Part shown: positions 49,930 through 61,992 of the stretch, piece after piece | How positions within the stretch are numbered: position 1 is the first letter of the stretch | How the letters are laid out: every line of letters starts with the position of its first letter | Assembly: GCA_043228905.1 (NCBI GenBank) | Contig: JBHGNT010000003.1 | Location: 10,416,001-10,480,000 of the forward strand | Reading direction: 5' to 3' | DNA: 64,000 nt | DNA from: Azolla caroliniana | Taxonomy: Eukaryota > Plantae > Polypodiophyta | The notes under the pieces: model-generated | Told to the model about the DNA's origin: nothing | The model's input: only the letters and a program-made list of their open reading frames with translations | The model's database searches: none | Program-made: the position numbers and the translations under genes

Positions 49930-52900
49930 ACGTAGTAGCAGACTATTTGAGCCGGTTAGATTCCGGCGAGACTGGTGACGGAGTTCCGGACGAGTTTCCG
50001 GATGCTGAGCTATTTCGAGTGACCGCGGAAACGGCAATAGATGAAACGGCGGCACAAGAAGATAAGTGGCTGACGAATATGCAACAATTTCTGAGCACCA
50101 GATTGCCTTTGGATGAGATGAACCAGGACGAGAGGAAACGCTTGGCGGTACAAAGCTGGCACTTCTGTTTATTACGGGACACGCTATACCACAAAGGCAC
50201 GGACGGTATATGGCGACGGGCGGTGCACAGCGACGAGAAGGATATAATACTACGAGAAGCACACTGCGGAGTCGCCGAAGGCCATTACGCCGGAGATGCT
50301 ACGGCAAGGAAGATATGGCAGAGTGGCCTATGGTGGCCGACAACATTGAAAGACGCGGTCCGGTATGCTAAAGAATGCAACCTATGTCAGCGAATGGGCC
50401 AGCCAACCGAACAAGCTAGGATGTCACACCAACCGGTACTACCGTTAGAACCATTTCAAAAATGGGGGCTGGATTTTGTGGGTCCATTCAAACCACCGGC
50501 AATGAGAACCGGCAACCAGTATGTGATCGTAGCTACGGATTACTGCACAAAATGGGTAGAAGCCAAAGCCTTGCGTGACAACACCGCGGTGTCGACGGCA
50601 AAATTCTTGTATGAATACATTTGGTGCAGGTATGGATGCCCGATCGAGCTAATAAGTGACCAAGGAGGGCACTTCCTCGGCCAAGTGGTGGAAAGCTTGA
50701 TGTAGTTCTATGCCGTGGTGCATAAACGGAGCATGCCATACTATCCGCAAGCAAACGGGTTAGCCGAGTCGACAAACAAAACGCTACAGAATATCCTTCG
50801 GAAAATCGTCAACGAAAACCGGACAGACTGGGATACGAAGTTGCACAGCGCACTCTGGGCTTACCGGACAGCCTACAAAACATGCATCCAAACCACACCG
50901 TTCCGGCTAGCATTCAGATTGGAGGTCGTCACGCCAGTAGAGTTCCAGGTCCCGAGCTTATGTATTCCGATTAGGGAACGGTTAAACGAAAAGGAATCGG
51001 AGGCAATTCGGTTAGCGGCTCTGTGTGAACTAGAAGAACACCGACTAGCGAGTATCATGCACCTAGAACTGGAGCAACGGCGAAGAAAGGCGTTTGTGGA
51101 TCGCCACCGAAAAGGAAATGAAAAGATGTTTGGAATCGGCAAGCCGGTACTAGTGTTCCAGACCTGGATGGGAAAGATGCCGGGGAAACTACGGTTTCGG
51201 TGGACCGGACCGTGCTGGATCACACACGAGTTCAATGGATCCTACTAGTTAGGGACACTTGCCGGCGAAGTCCTGGGTAAGTGAGTCAACGGATTTCGAC
51301 TAAAGCCATATTAATCAAAAATTAAATAAATAAATAAATAAATTGAAACGAATCAAAGAAATCATGCAAAGGAGTGGTGGGAACGACCATGCAAACGAGG
51401 AGTAAAGAGGCACTTTGAAAAGGTACGAGGGGCTATGAATAGGGCATTAAACCACCGCCACATGGCACGTAATGCTATTATAGTACATGACCTGCACATG
51501 CGTAGGCTCGAAAAAGGCGCCAAGATGCAGAGAGAAACCCTTTCGAAGGGGGGCATCTATATGATTGACAACCCTACCTCTGAACGGCTCATCAAATACT
51601 TCGGCGAATATTCTCTGGCCAGCAAGGGCTACAGGACAAAGGGCGGAGAAGATATGTTATTCCGAGAAATTGCCCGTGTACTCCATGAGTTCAGCCACGT
51701 ATACCCTCGACCCCCCGTCATGCCTCAGAACCGAGTAGGCTTGATCATTGCAACATACAAAGGGGTCAAGGTGGATTGGCCGGTGCTGATCGCCGACGGA
51801 TTGTGTGCGGCTATTGACACCGTAAGAGGTAAGGAAGCCAAAGAAGGCCGCAAAATATGGCATGCGGTGGCGCAATGGCTCACCCTATTGGCGCCACTTG
51901 TCGAGCCTGTCCAGACCAAGAAGCGGGGAAGAGCAACGGACGGCACCCCGACAGCTGCTTCAAAACGACAATAGTTGTTGGCCACCAAGACCACTAAGGG
52001 GAAGACAGCCGACACGGAGCAGGCGGCGAAGGAGCACGCCATTCGGAAGCAGCCGACGGACACGCAGGAGGAAACACCGGCACGGCCCCTGAATAGCACA
52101 CTCCGCCGACCGGTGAAGCAAGAAACGGACACCCTGGCGGCAAGAATGAATGTCGGGACTCAGGAGGAGGAAACGGAGGAAGAACCTACGGAGCACCTCC
52201 AGCGGCGGCCAACGACGAGCACCGCAGAATCAGCCAGGAAGCGTTCGGACCCACAGAAGGATGGAACGCCTTTACCCCACACTGAGAATCCCACGCCAAG
52301 GGAGGAACCAGAACCGGTTCGGATGGGGCCGGTCTCATAAGCCCCTGCACAACATGCAATACCGGCAAGCCCCGAAACGCAAGCGCCGGTAAGGCATGTG
52401 CCACCTTCCTCAGCCAGCCAAGAACAAGCTGAAACACAACCGGAACCCGAACGGCAAAGTGGTCAGCAAGCAGAGCAGGAAGTGCAGCTCGACACAGTTA
52501 GGCGGGACCGGCCACTGGCAAGTGAACCGATCAGCCAACCCTCCGTGCAGACGCAACAACAGGGTACCGGCAGCCAATGGCTCCGGTGGATAGGAGAGCA
52601 GGTTGCCGGAGTGATACTGTATGTAGAGACGGAAGAACGAGCGCAGATGGAACGGTTGCTAGTCACAACCGATGAACTAGAGACGGCCCGATCAAGGATC
52701 CGGTGCCTTGAACAAGACTTGGATCGGGAGGAAAAAGAAAAATTGTTGCAGGAAAAAGAAAGATTATGACCGGTTAAAGGAGGAAAAAGAAAAATTGCTG
52801 CAGGAGAAGGACAAACTGCGACGGATGGCGGAAACGGAAACGGAAAGGCTGAAAGAAGAACTCCCTCAACAAAAGGATCGGGAAGACCGACAAATCAACC

Positions 52901-54404
52901 AGAGGCTAAAGCAGAAGACAGAGGACTTCGACCACTTGCACCGGAACTTTAAGAGCTTGGACACGGAGTATAAGCAACAGCAGGAAAGAATGGCCAAGCT
53001 CCGGTAGGAAGATGATAGGGCCACAACGGCACTCGCCGACGAACGGGCTGAGAATACAAACTTATTGGAGGAAGCGGTGAGGGACCGGATGGAGCTCCAC
53101 AAGCAGCACAATGAAGAAAAGGAGAGGGTGACAATGGTGTTACAGAGGTTGCAAACAACCTATCAGAGTCAATTGTCGCATTATAGGGAGCAGGAGGCGA
53201 ACACGGTCAGAATCATCAAGCAATTGAAAGAGGAGCGACAAGCCGCGGAGAACAAATCACATATGGGAATGGAACGGATCCAGTGCATCCTCCGGTCATG
53301 GCTAAACAAGACCAAACGCTTGATTGATGAGAGCTCCGGGCGATGGTGGACGAAATGGGCACAGAATACGGCTGAACTCCAGTTGCTCAGGGCGGACGCC
53401 GAAAACCGGCGAAAGGAAGGTGACGACTGTTACATGCTCACATCGGAGGACTTCACCGCCATAAAGGATGAGCTGGCAGAAGATTTCACAGCTCTGGCGG
53501 ATGAGCAATTGGTGCAGGTCCGGCAACTCATAGCTCAACTGGACGACGATCGGATGGATGCTCAAATCCAGTTTGAGAGTTATGAGCGGTCCCGGCTTAG
53601 GGAAGAAAAAGCAAGGCAAGCGGCAACGGTCAACCTCAATGATGAGGAACCATCGCCGGTACAAGGACCAGACGGAGACCAGGCCGGGGTAAGTCAACCA
53701 GAGACAACTCCGACGGAGGAAACAACGAAGGAAACGCCGGTGCCAGAGCAACCATCGGAGCCGCAGCCAGAGTCGGAGCCACAAATGGAGAAGCAACCCC
53801 AGCCACAATCGGAGCAGCCGCAGCAACACCAGCCACAACAGATTCCCGTAGAACCACTGGAGACCCTGGAGCAAAGCATCCTGGATATCTTAAATGAAGA
53901 ATAAGGGGCCGGTGTGGGATTCGATGTACAAGGTACTGTCCCACGGGCGTGCCATGTGTTACCCGGCCGGCAAAGGAGCTAAGGACGGCAAAGACCAGGG
54001 TGTGAAAACGGGAATTGTTATTTAGGAATCTGTTGAAATTACTAGTCTTAATATATAGATTAATATATGAGAAGATGTGGACGGACGGACCGGAATCGGT
54101 ATGCCGATCCCGAAAAGGTGCCGGTTGGCACCGTTTTGTACTTCGCACCGGTGACCTATATAAAGGCCCGATTATAATGTAGTCATTAACGGAGAGTAAT
54201 ATAATCCTTTTGTTTCATCATTGAGTATTGTTCACCGTTCTGTGCTTATTGTATATCTTACGCGTGTTAATGATGTATTACTAAGTAACCGATTAAGGTC
54301 CAATTAAGCGTTGTGTCGTAAGTTATCTCGCCGTAACACCCTTTGGTGAAGTGTCTTAAGTGGACACCTTGTGTTAGGCTGTTGTCCGGCCCTAAGGATT
54401 AACA
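49930..54404 (+). mobile_element. Non-chromovirus Ty3/gypsy (family C), 3' half: RNase H end, integrase, accessory ORF, 3' LTR
   Basis: VVADYLSRL, zinc finger H..H..C..C, WGLDFVGP, YYPQANGLAE, WTGP; LTR 53957-54404 with TATATAAA near 54157; LTR homologous to 30186-30647. Confidence 0.9.
51365..53904 (+). pseudogene. Sense accessory ORF downstream of pol in family C (unknown function, long coiled coil)
   Basis: ORF pieces 51435-51974, 51975-52340, 52398-52769, 52708-53007, 53065-53904 separated by stops or frameshifts; homologous to 30736-33140. Confidence 0.75.
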
Positions 54405-55195
54405 TCTAAGAGAGGGGATGAAGACTCTACCAAGGGTGCAAACCATGCTTGCGTCGGCCCGGAGAGAAGGGTGTCGATGAGTCCGGCCCAAGAAAAGTCG
54501 TTACCATATCATTGGGGTTATAAACGGATGATAAACCGAATTTGATTGGTGAAGCCACAAAGATATGCCCTCGTGCCGCTGAATTTTTCGGGAAGGCTGA
54601 CGGTTGGTTCGAGGACATATGGATGGGAAGAGGAAATGGTTGGGCTAGGTGCCAACGCCGGTTGTGGCTCGACGGGTGGTGGGTTTCTTGATGTGCCGGA
54701 TTGAAGCTCCCATAATGATTCCCAAAGGACTTCATTTCCGAGTTGAAGTTGTTGCAAGACTACCATTACATGGTTTAGGTTGTCGACGGAGTCGGACATG
54801 GTAGCAAGAAGAGGAAGGTGAACAAATTGTCACGGAGGAGTATAATATAGTAGAACCAAGACGACACTAAGAACTAGGAGAGAGAGAAAGAACAAGAACT
54901 TGACTTATTATTCCGTAAGGGGTGTTGTTCACCTTGATTAGAATCAAGGTGCACATGAGTATTTATACAAGAAGGTTGAGGTATGTATGCTAGCTAGGAA
55001 TAGAGAATGCATGAAGATGCATGCAAGCTAGGAATTTTTAATGTTCAATCTACCATACATGAAGTTGGATTTTATACAAGGATGCGTAGATGGATGTAGC
55101 TTAGTTGATAGGGTTTCCCAATGGAGACCAAGAGGTCTTGGGTTTAATCCCGACCTTCCATCGTGGGGTTGCAAATGTCATAGATCTCTATGACA
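54405..55195 (-). mobile_element. Self-primed Tcn1/Tf1-like chromovirus (family D), 5' LTR and gag start
   Basis: LTR 54828-55195, PBS TTGTTCACCTT 2 nt from the LTR, gag MSDSVDNL..EPTVSLPEKFSG from 54799. Confidence 0.85.
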
Positions 55196-55440
55196 CTCGA
55201 AGGATGTCCTCAATAATTTGATTTACTCGTTCTGTTTGTCCATCGGATTGAGGATGATCTGTGGAGCTCATGCTCAATGTAGTTTCTAACTTCTTAAAGA
55301 CTTCCATCCGAAAGTACCTAGTAAACTTTGGATCTGGATCACTAATGATATCCATCAGTAACCAATAAAAACGAAATAACTCATCAATGAATTGGTAAGC
55401 GAATTCAGGAATTGTTAATGTGGTTTTAGTAGCCATTTTA
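55196..55440 (-). mobile_element. Inverted family A integrase fragment
   Basis: FRFYWLLMDIISDPDPKFT..HPQSDGQTERVNQ, diverged paralog of 55530-55790 in opposite orientation. Confidence 0.85.
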
Positions 55441-56981
55441 GTGGGAAAGTATAGCCATGGATTTTATTGTTAGCCTTCCTCGCACCCAAAAAGACCATGA
55501 TACCATGTGGGTTGTGGTTGATAAACTAACTAAAATGGCCAGATTTATTGCTACTAAAACCATGGTAACATCTCTTGAATTGGCTTACCAATTCGTTGAC
55601 AAGTTATTTCGTTTTTATGGGTTACCGATGGATATCATGAGTGATCGAGATCCAAAGTCTACTAGTGACTTCTGGACACAAGTCTTTAAGAAGTTAGAAA
55701 CTACATTGAGCATGAGCTCCACGGATCATCCTCTATCCGATGACAGACAGAGCGAGTAATTCAAATTATTGAGGACATGCTTCGAGCATACGTTGGTGCA
55801 AAACCAACAAAATGGGAACGTTATCTCCCAACTTTGGAGTTCGCTTATAACAGCTCCAAGCATACATAGACGGGATATAAAGTCCTTTTATGTTGATGTA
55901 TGGTTTTTAGCCACGAGCCCCGATTGATGTTAATATACATCATGATGAGTTGCGAAGTACGCAAAACTTTCTTCAGGATATGCAAGATATGTTGCATATT
56001 GCATGAGATAATATAAAAACAGCTCAAGATAGCGCACATTTTTACGCCGATCATAATAATCAACCTCGTGTATTCAACCCTAGACAAAAGGTATTTTAAC
56101 GTGTACCTCACAATTCTAAGACATTGTCTACATGTAAGTGCGCTAAGTTAGCCCCATGGTTTTGTGAACCTTTTCAAGTCCTCAAATGCATTGGTTCATC
56201 AGCCTATCTTCTCGCTCTTCTCGATGGCGTTGAAATTCATCCAGTTTTTCATGTAAGTCGTCTAAAAGAACTTCTAGGTTTAGGCGACGATACTGTTACA
56301 ACTGAAACTCTGGTTACTTTTGAAGAATTATCTTCTAACCCACATGTACCAGAAAGAATTCTCGATGTTAAAAGAAAAATTCTACGTACTAAAATAATCC
56401 GAGAATTTAAAATAAAATGGATGGATAAATCTATCAAAGATGCCACATGGGAACTCGAAAATACTCTTAGACCTAACTTCCCTAACTTTCCATTGCCAGA
56501 GTGCAATGTTTTAAAGAGGGGGGAGTATGTTACGGGCATGACCATATAATATCCCGCGGTGAGAATTTACCGTAGTATTATATACACGTGGATGAATGTG
56601 AGGGTTAAACGAGAGTGTAAAGAAGGGGAGGATTAGTTTTAATCCTCGGGATTGAGACAACCCATTAGGCCAAGTGTGAACTTGCCCGGGGGCCTTGGGT
56701 CTCGCTATAAATATGAGGCCTAGCTACCCTCATATCATAATCTCTTGACTACGTCGAGACTCTGTTTCGTGGTGGGTCAACACTTGTAGCGAGTGCGCCA
56801 ACAACAGGTACAACTCGACGCCACGACGGTGGTATGGGACACTGATTGAGGCTTGAGCCCGTCTCGATCCCTTCACTCGGGGGTGGTCGGGTGGATCGGA
56901 ACCCTTATCTCTCTCTCTCCTTTCTTATTTCATACATATTATATCCTTATCATATGCTTACATTAAATCATCACTCTAACA
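55441..56981 (+). mobile_element. Family A chromovirus 3' part: integrase, chromodomain, PPT, 3' LTR
   Basis: WESIAMDFIV, IHPVFHVSRLK, chromodomain PERILD..IKW..DATWE, purine tract about 56513-56525, LTR 56528-56981. Confidence 0.9.
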
Positions 56982-57167
56982 TTTATAGCCAGACCTAAGG
57001 CCCCCAGGCAAGTTCACACTTGGCCTTAATGGGTTGTCTCAATCCCAAGGATTAAAAGTAATCCTTCCCTTCTTTAAACTCTCGTTTAACCCTCACACTT
57101 TATCCACGCATATAGAATACTACGATATAATCTTACCACGGGATATTATATGGTCATGCCCGTAACA
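56982..57167 (-). mobile_element. Inverted partial family A LTR (U3 up to the TATA box)
   Basis: Reverse complement reads TGTTACGGGCATGACC..GGCTATAAA, homologous to 56528-56710. Confidence 0.88.
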
Positions 57168-58909
57168 ATAGAAGCAACGAATTGAGTTGATACCGCTAGA
57201 AGTATTAAGGTCAACAACATTGCAAATTTTGATTCTTTCACAAAAAGTAAATCACAAAAATAAGAGATTTCATTATTAATCTGAACTACCCCACCAAGAG
57301 AGTTAAAGAATCGTCTTCATCCATAATATTATTCGAATATACTTTCAATCTAGGTTTGCTAATATGTTTGATTTTGGTAAATGCATGGCTCCTTTTTTTA
57401 ACCCTAAGACTTCAGAGTCACACCCATAAATTATTTCATGTTTACAATGTGTTTAACAATCAATCCTTTCAAGCAACCTTTTACAATTGGAAAGGCCTAT
57501 ACAATGAAATCAATCCATCAAGTTGATGATAAAATCCATGTATGATTGAGTGGACCTTATGCACTAGTCATGCAACAACCCCTCAATGGGAGATCGAGGC
57601 GGGGGAGAACGAGCTGGGGAAATGGAAGTGTGGGCACGTAACGTTTTTAATGTTTCTTACATGTTACAAGAGATGCTTACGATAAATTAAATCAGATCAT
57701 ATTAAGGCTTGTTATAACTCCCCCACAATCCTATTATATTTCAACAACTATTCTATATATAGCATCTTGTCCCTCTGTCGGTGAAGAAACTAATGTTTTG
57801 GGAAAGAACAATGACATTGAGATAAATGTTGTGTGTGAACTTTAAGAATTTTAGAGAATTGACCTTTTTGCTCTTTGTGCATAAATTTTTTGTTCTTGTG
57901 CTTGAGATTATGACAATTGTCTTTAACGTAGGCCTGTTTTTTCAATTTGCACAAAATGAAGTGAATTTCTTTGAATTATTATCAAACACATCATTGGGTG
58001 TCTTATATTTCCCAATGATTGTCGTTTATTTGTTGTCTTAGGTTTGTTGTGATTCTTTTTTGAAGTACGTTTGATCCTCTTATATGACTTCAAAACAAAT
58101 GAACACTCACCTCATAAACTCCCTCCATTTGTTGAATCCCCACATACATTGCCAAAGCAAGATCCTTTTAATCTCAAATATTTGTCGGAAAGTCATATTG
58201 CGAACATCTTGTATTAGAGTAAAATATGCATTCATTAAAAAATTGATGAAGTGCTAGGTTGGGCCTACTGCATGCAATTGGGATGTTGGGTATTTATTTA
58301 TTTAACACTAGCAATTATATTATGTATTAACATAGAATATTAAATATTATTTGTACTAATGTTTTCTTGGTCGACATACTATTCACTAATGTTTTCAATA
58401 GTAGATTACAAAGAAGTTATCATAATAATGATTTAATAACAAATTGTGATGATAACAAACAAGTTATTAAACATTGAAATTTCATGAAATTATGTTTTAA
58501 ACATAAAGTAATAATTGATTGACTAAAGTGTACGATTAAATTGTAAACAATTAAAAGAGACATAAGAAATGAAGTTTGGAAACAGATTAGGTTCAAGATT
58601 GATGAAGTGTGAGAATATCTCGAGTTTTGGCATGACTTGTCAAATGGTCAACAACAATAACAACGTTGCATTTCTGCAGTCTTCGTTCTGTCTAGCCTTT
58701 CCTTGAAATTTCGACGGTGTCAACGATTCTTACTTGGAGAGAAGCAATCCCAGCAGAACCTCGCCTCAGAAGTTTTTCCCGTAGGAAAGAAGGAGAATGA
58801 ACCTCCAACAACACCCACGCATCACTCGTGAAAAAGCTCATGGCTACATGAGCACTTAGTGAGTGTTAAGGGAATTGGATTGAACATATATTTTGGGGTG
58901 GTAAAATAG

Positions 58910-58912
<3 letters not shown>

Positions 58913-58956
<44 letters not shown>

Positions 58957-59475
58957 GAAGAAGCAAAAAAAAAAAACAAAGTAAAATTGTTAGTTGTTTT
59001 TTGAACGTTTGAAACCGTTAGAGAAGGAGGATTATTTATATACATATGTACATGCATAATTAATTAGGTTTTAAAAAAAAAGCACCTGTCTACCCTCTTC
59101 TTCTTCTTCTTCTTCTTCTTCTTCTTCTTTTTAATTTAGGAGAGAGAGCGAGGAGGGGTATGGTTTGGAATTTCTAAAATCTCTATCTGCCTACACCCCT
59201 CAAAAACAGAGCAGAACAGAGCAGAACCCAAGACACAGAGAGAGAGACAGAGACAGAGAGATCGAGATACACAGAAAAGCTACAGGAAACACCAGAGGCA
59301 GCCTCTGCCTCTGCAGTGCAGAACAGAGCAAAGAAGACAATACCCTCCCCCCAATACACAAAAAAAGAGAGGGAGAGAGAACAGAAACAGAAGCATTTGG
59401 ATCATCGATCAGAGCCCAGCAAAAAGCAAAAGCTGCTTCTTCTTCTTCTTCTTCTTCTTCTTCTTCTTCTTCTTC
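58913..59475. repeat. (CT)n and (CTT)n microsatellites in the promoter/5' UTR of the OCTOPUS-like gene
   Basis: (CT)n 58913-58953, (CTT)n about 59096-59128 and 59436-59475. Confidence 0.9.
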
Positions 59476-59587
59476 TGTCTTTCTCTCTTTCTGTAGAGAA
59501 ATCTGAAAAAAAAATCCAATCCAATCCATCCTTTCCATCTCCATCTCCATCTCTCTCTCGTGTTGTTTGTTTGTTTGTTTGTTTAAC

Positions 59588-61168
59588 ATGAGTTGCCCTC
59601 CTCGCTGCCCCCTTCATCCTCACCATCGAATCACAGGCATATGTGCTTTCTGCTTACGAGAGCGTCTTGTCGATCTTATTCAATCCATCTCTCTCTCGGA
59701 AGCACAGGCTGAAGCCGAGGCCCACGCAGGAAAAGGAGGAGGCAGAGAAGAAGAAGAAGAAGAAGAAGAAGACGTGCTGCGGTTTGAAGCAAATCCATCA
59801 CACGAAAACGCGCCGAAGACCAAGCTTCACTTGAGCTTCCATGGAAACGCAGAAAACATGCCTCCTTTTGTTCATCATCCAAGCCATCACCATCACCATC
59901 ACCATCATCATCATCATCAATCATCCCCCTACTATAAGGAGAATGCTTTCTGTTTGAGGACGGATGCTGCGAAGAACGTGAATGTTCCCCAAAAGGTAAA
60001 GAAGGCATCGTCATGGTTTGCATCGAGCAAGGGAAGGCAAAAGAAGCCATGTGTGGGGGCATCATCTGCTGCAGGCTCAGCCATGCGGAAGGAGGAGGAG
60101 GAGGAGGAAGGAGCGTCTGATCTAAGGTCCCCGCTACAATACATATCAAACGGGAGGAAATCGGCCAGCGATGCGATGTGTGGTCAATCTCAATGCCATT
60201 ACAGGGAAGCTTATTACAGAGGCTCCATGGATGGGGGGGTATCAGAATCCATGGCCATGGCTAATCCAGAAGCAAGCACTAACACTAACACCAACAGCAA
60301 CAGCAGTAGCAGCTATGGCTATGGCTATAATAAGCTGTCATGGATATCATCATTGTTCAGCAGGAAGAAGAAGAGAGGAGCCAACAATTCTGCGGATCAT
60401 CATCACCGCCACCACCATTTGCAGGCGGCCGAAGAAGTGTTTAGGATGGATGGCCATGAAGCAGTGGTGGCTAGGCTATCCTTGGATGGAGCCAAGGCAC
60501 ATCACCTGCTCAAGCAAAGCTTCATGAAGAAGCTAGAGGAAGAGAGAATCAATATCATCAAAACACAAAAACAAGAAGAAGAGGAAGAAGAAGAAGAAGA
60601 AGGGGAATTCGGCATTGGTAGTGGTGGTGGTGGCTATTATCGATCTTCTCTTGGGCCGACCCATGGTGGCATGATTCGATCGAATGTGGACATGGTCTCG
60701 CAATTACATGCCCGCCCGGCCAAGCAACCCATGTCTCTCCCCAAATGCATCTCTCTTGGGGTGCCTTCTGCCCAAGACGAAGACGAAGACGCTACGAGAT
60801 ATTGTTGTCACCACGCAGCTGCTTCGCCAATAGTAGTAGTGCCTCCTCCTAGGTTCTTCCATCAAGACGACAACCAACAACAACAACAACGCTTTGGACG
60901 ACACCAACAACAGCTTTGTTGCGGTGGCGATATGGTGTTGGACTATGATGAGAATTTGAATGATGTGGTAGTAGGGGAAACACAACAAAGAAGAAGCTTC
61001 CCAAGATCGAGGAGTTGGGGTAGTAGGGTCATGGCTTGGGGACTAAAGAACAACAACTATCGCCCCAAAGGTGGTGTGCCCGTGATTCCGTCGCCAGCAC
61101 AAGGACATCATTATCATCATCACAATCCATCCTCCACTACTACCACAACACCATATCATTACTACTAG
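59588..61168 (+). CDS. OCTOPUS-like / DUF740 family protein, intronless, low-complexity
   Basis: N-terminal CPLHPHHRITGICAFCLRERL matches the CxxHP..GxCxxCLxERL motif of DUF740 proteins; C-terminal RSRSW; poly-E/H/Q tracts; single ORF of about 526 aa. Confidence 0.78.
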   Translation: MSCPPRCPLHPHHRITGICAFCLRERLVDLIQSISLSEAQAEAEAHAGKGGGREEEEEEEEDVLRFEANPSHENAPKTKLHLSFHGNAENMPPFVHHPSHHHHHHHHHHHQSSPYYKENAFCLRTDAAKNVNVPQKVKKASSWFASSKGRQKKPCVGASSAAGSAMRKEEEEEEGASDLRSPLQYISNGRKSASDAMCGQSQCHYREAYYRGSMDGGVSESMAMANPEASTNTNTNSNSSSSYGYGYNKLSWISSLFSRKKKRGANNSADHHHRHHHLQAAEEVFRMDGHEAVVARLSLDGAKAHHLLKQSFMKKLEEERINIIKTQKQEEEEEEEEEGEFGIGSGGGGYYRSSLGPTHGGMIRSNVDMVSQLHARPAKQPMSLPKCISLGVPSAQDEDEDATRYCCHHAAASPIVVVPPPRFFHQDDNQQQQQRFGRHQQQLCCGGDMVLDYDENLNDVVVGETQQRRSFPRSRSWGSRVMAWGLKNNNYRPKGGVPVIPSPAQGHHYHHHNPSSTTTTTPYHYY

Positions 61169-61992
61169 TAGTAGTAGTCTTCCTGCCTTGCCTCTAGGCG
61201 GAATTCTCTTCGTCCTTTTCGTAGTTTTTTTTAAAAAATTTGTTCGCGGTCCATTTTAGAGAGGATTATTATTAGTTCAAGAATTCCGAAACACCACCAC
61301 CGAATTGAGAGGATCAACTATATGTTGATCCTTTAACCTAGAATGATGTTTGAAATTGGAGCCCAATTTATATCATTTGTAATGTGGAGTGTAGTTCAAG
61401 GTGCTTAGTTTTTTTGAATGAAACAAAGAAACAAATTCCATGCACGCCAAAACTTGTACACTTTCATTGTGTTTTTTCTCTTTGTTTTTGTTTTGATGAT
61501 GACGATGAGAATGATAATGATAATGATTGTTATGAGGCCCATCATTATATATAAAACGTAGAGATGGACATAAAGAAGAGATTGGATTGATTGGAATCCT
61601 GGCCTTTAAAACTTGTGATTCAAATCCCTAGAGAGCTTTTTCCAAAATCAACCCAATTTCCTAGGGGCTAACCTAAATAGAGCTCACATACATAGGTCTA
61701 AATAGGTGCTAAATGGAGCACTATCCATGTACTCATATAATATAGATAAACATAGCCATCTCGTCTTAATGAGCATCATTTTGTTGCCCATAGTGGTGGT
61801 GGTATTCAATCCTTAAAAATAGAAGAACTTTTAAGGACATTTAATACCATCACCAAGACCTTCTAGACACCCCCCCCCCTCCCCCCCTTGATGGATATAC
61901 ATGCTAGGTTTGTTAGGAACTGAACTAATATACTTGCACGATTCACTATAGCTATACTTAAGTTTGAATGTCACCTACAAAAAAATCCTTGA

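Noticed and set aside
53914-53944. Hammerhead or other ribozyme in the conserved hairpin
   Set aside because: No CUGANGA/GAAA core or other recognisable ribozyme consensus; tRNA similarity explains it better
33656-56981. Single family A element spanning 33656-56981
   Set aside because: The two LTRs are clearly diverged, flanks give no TSD and the intervening pieces do not nest consistently
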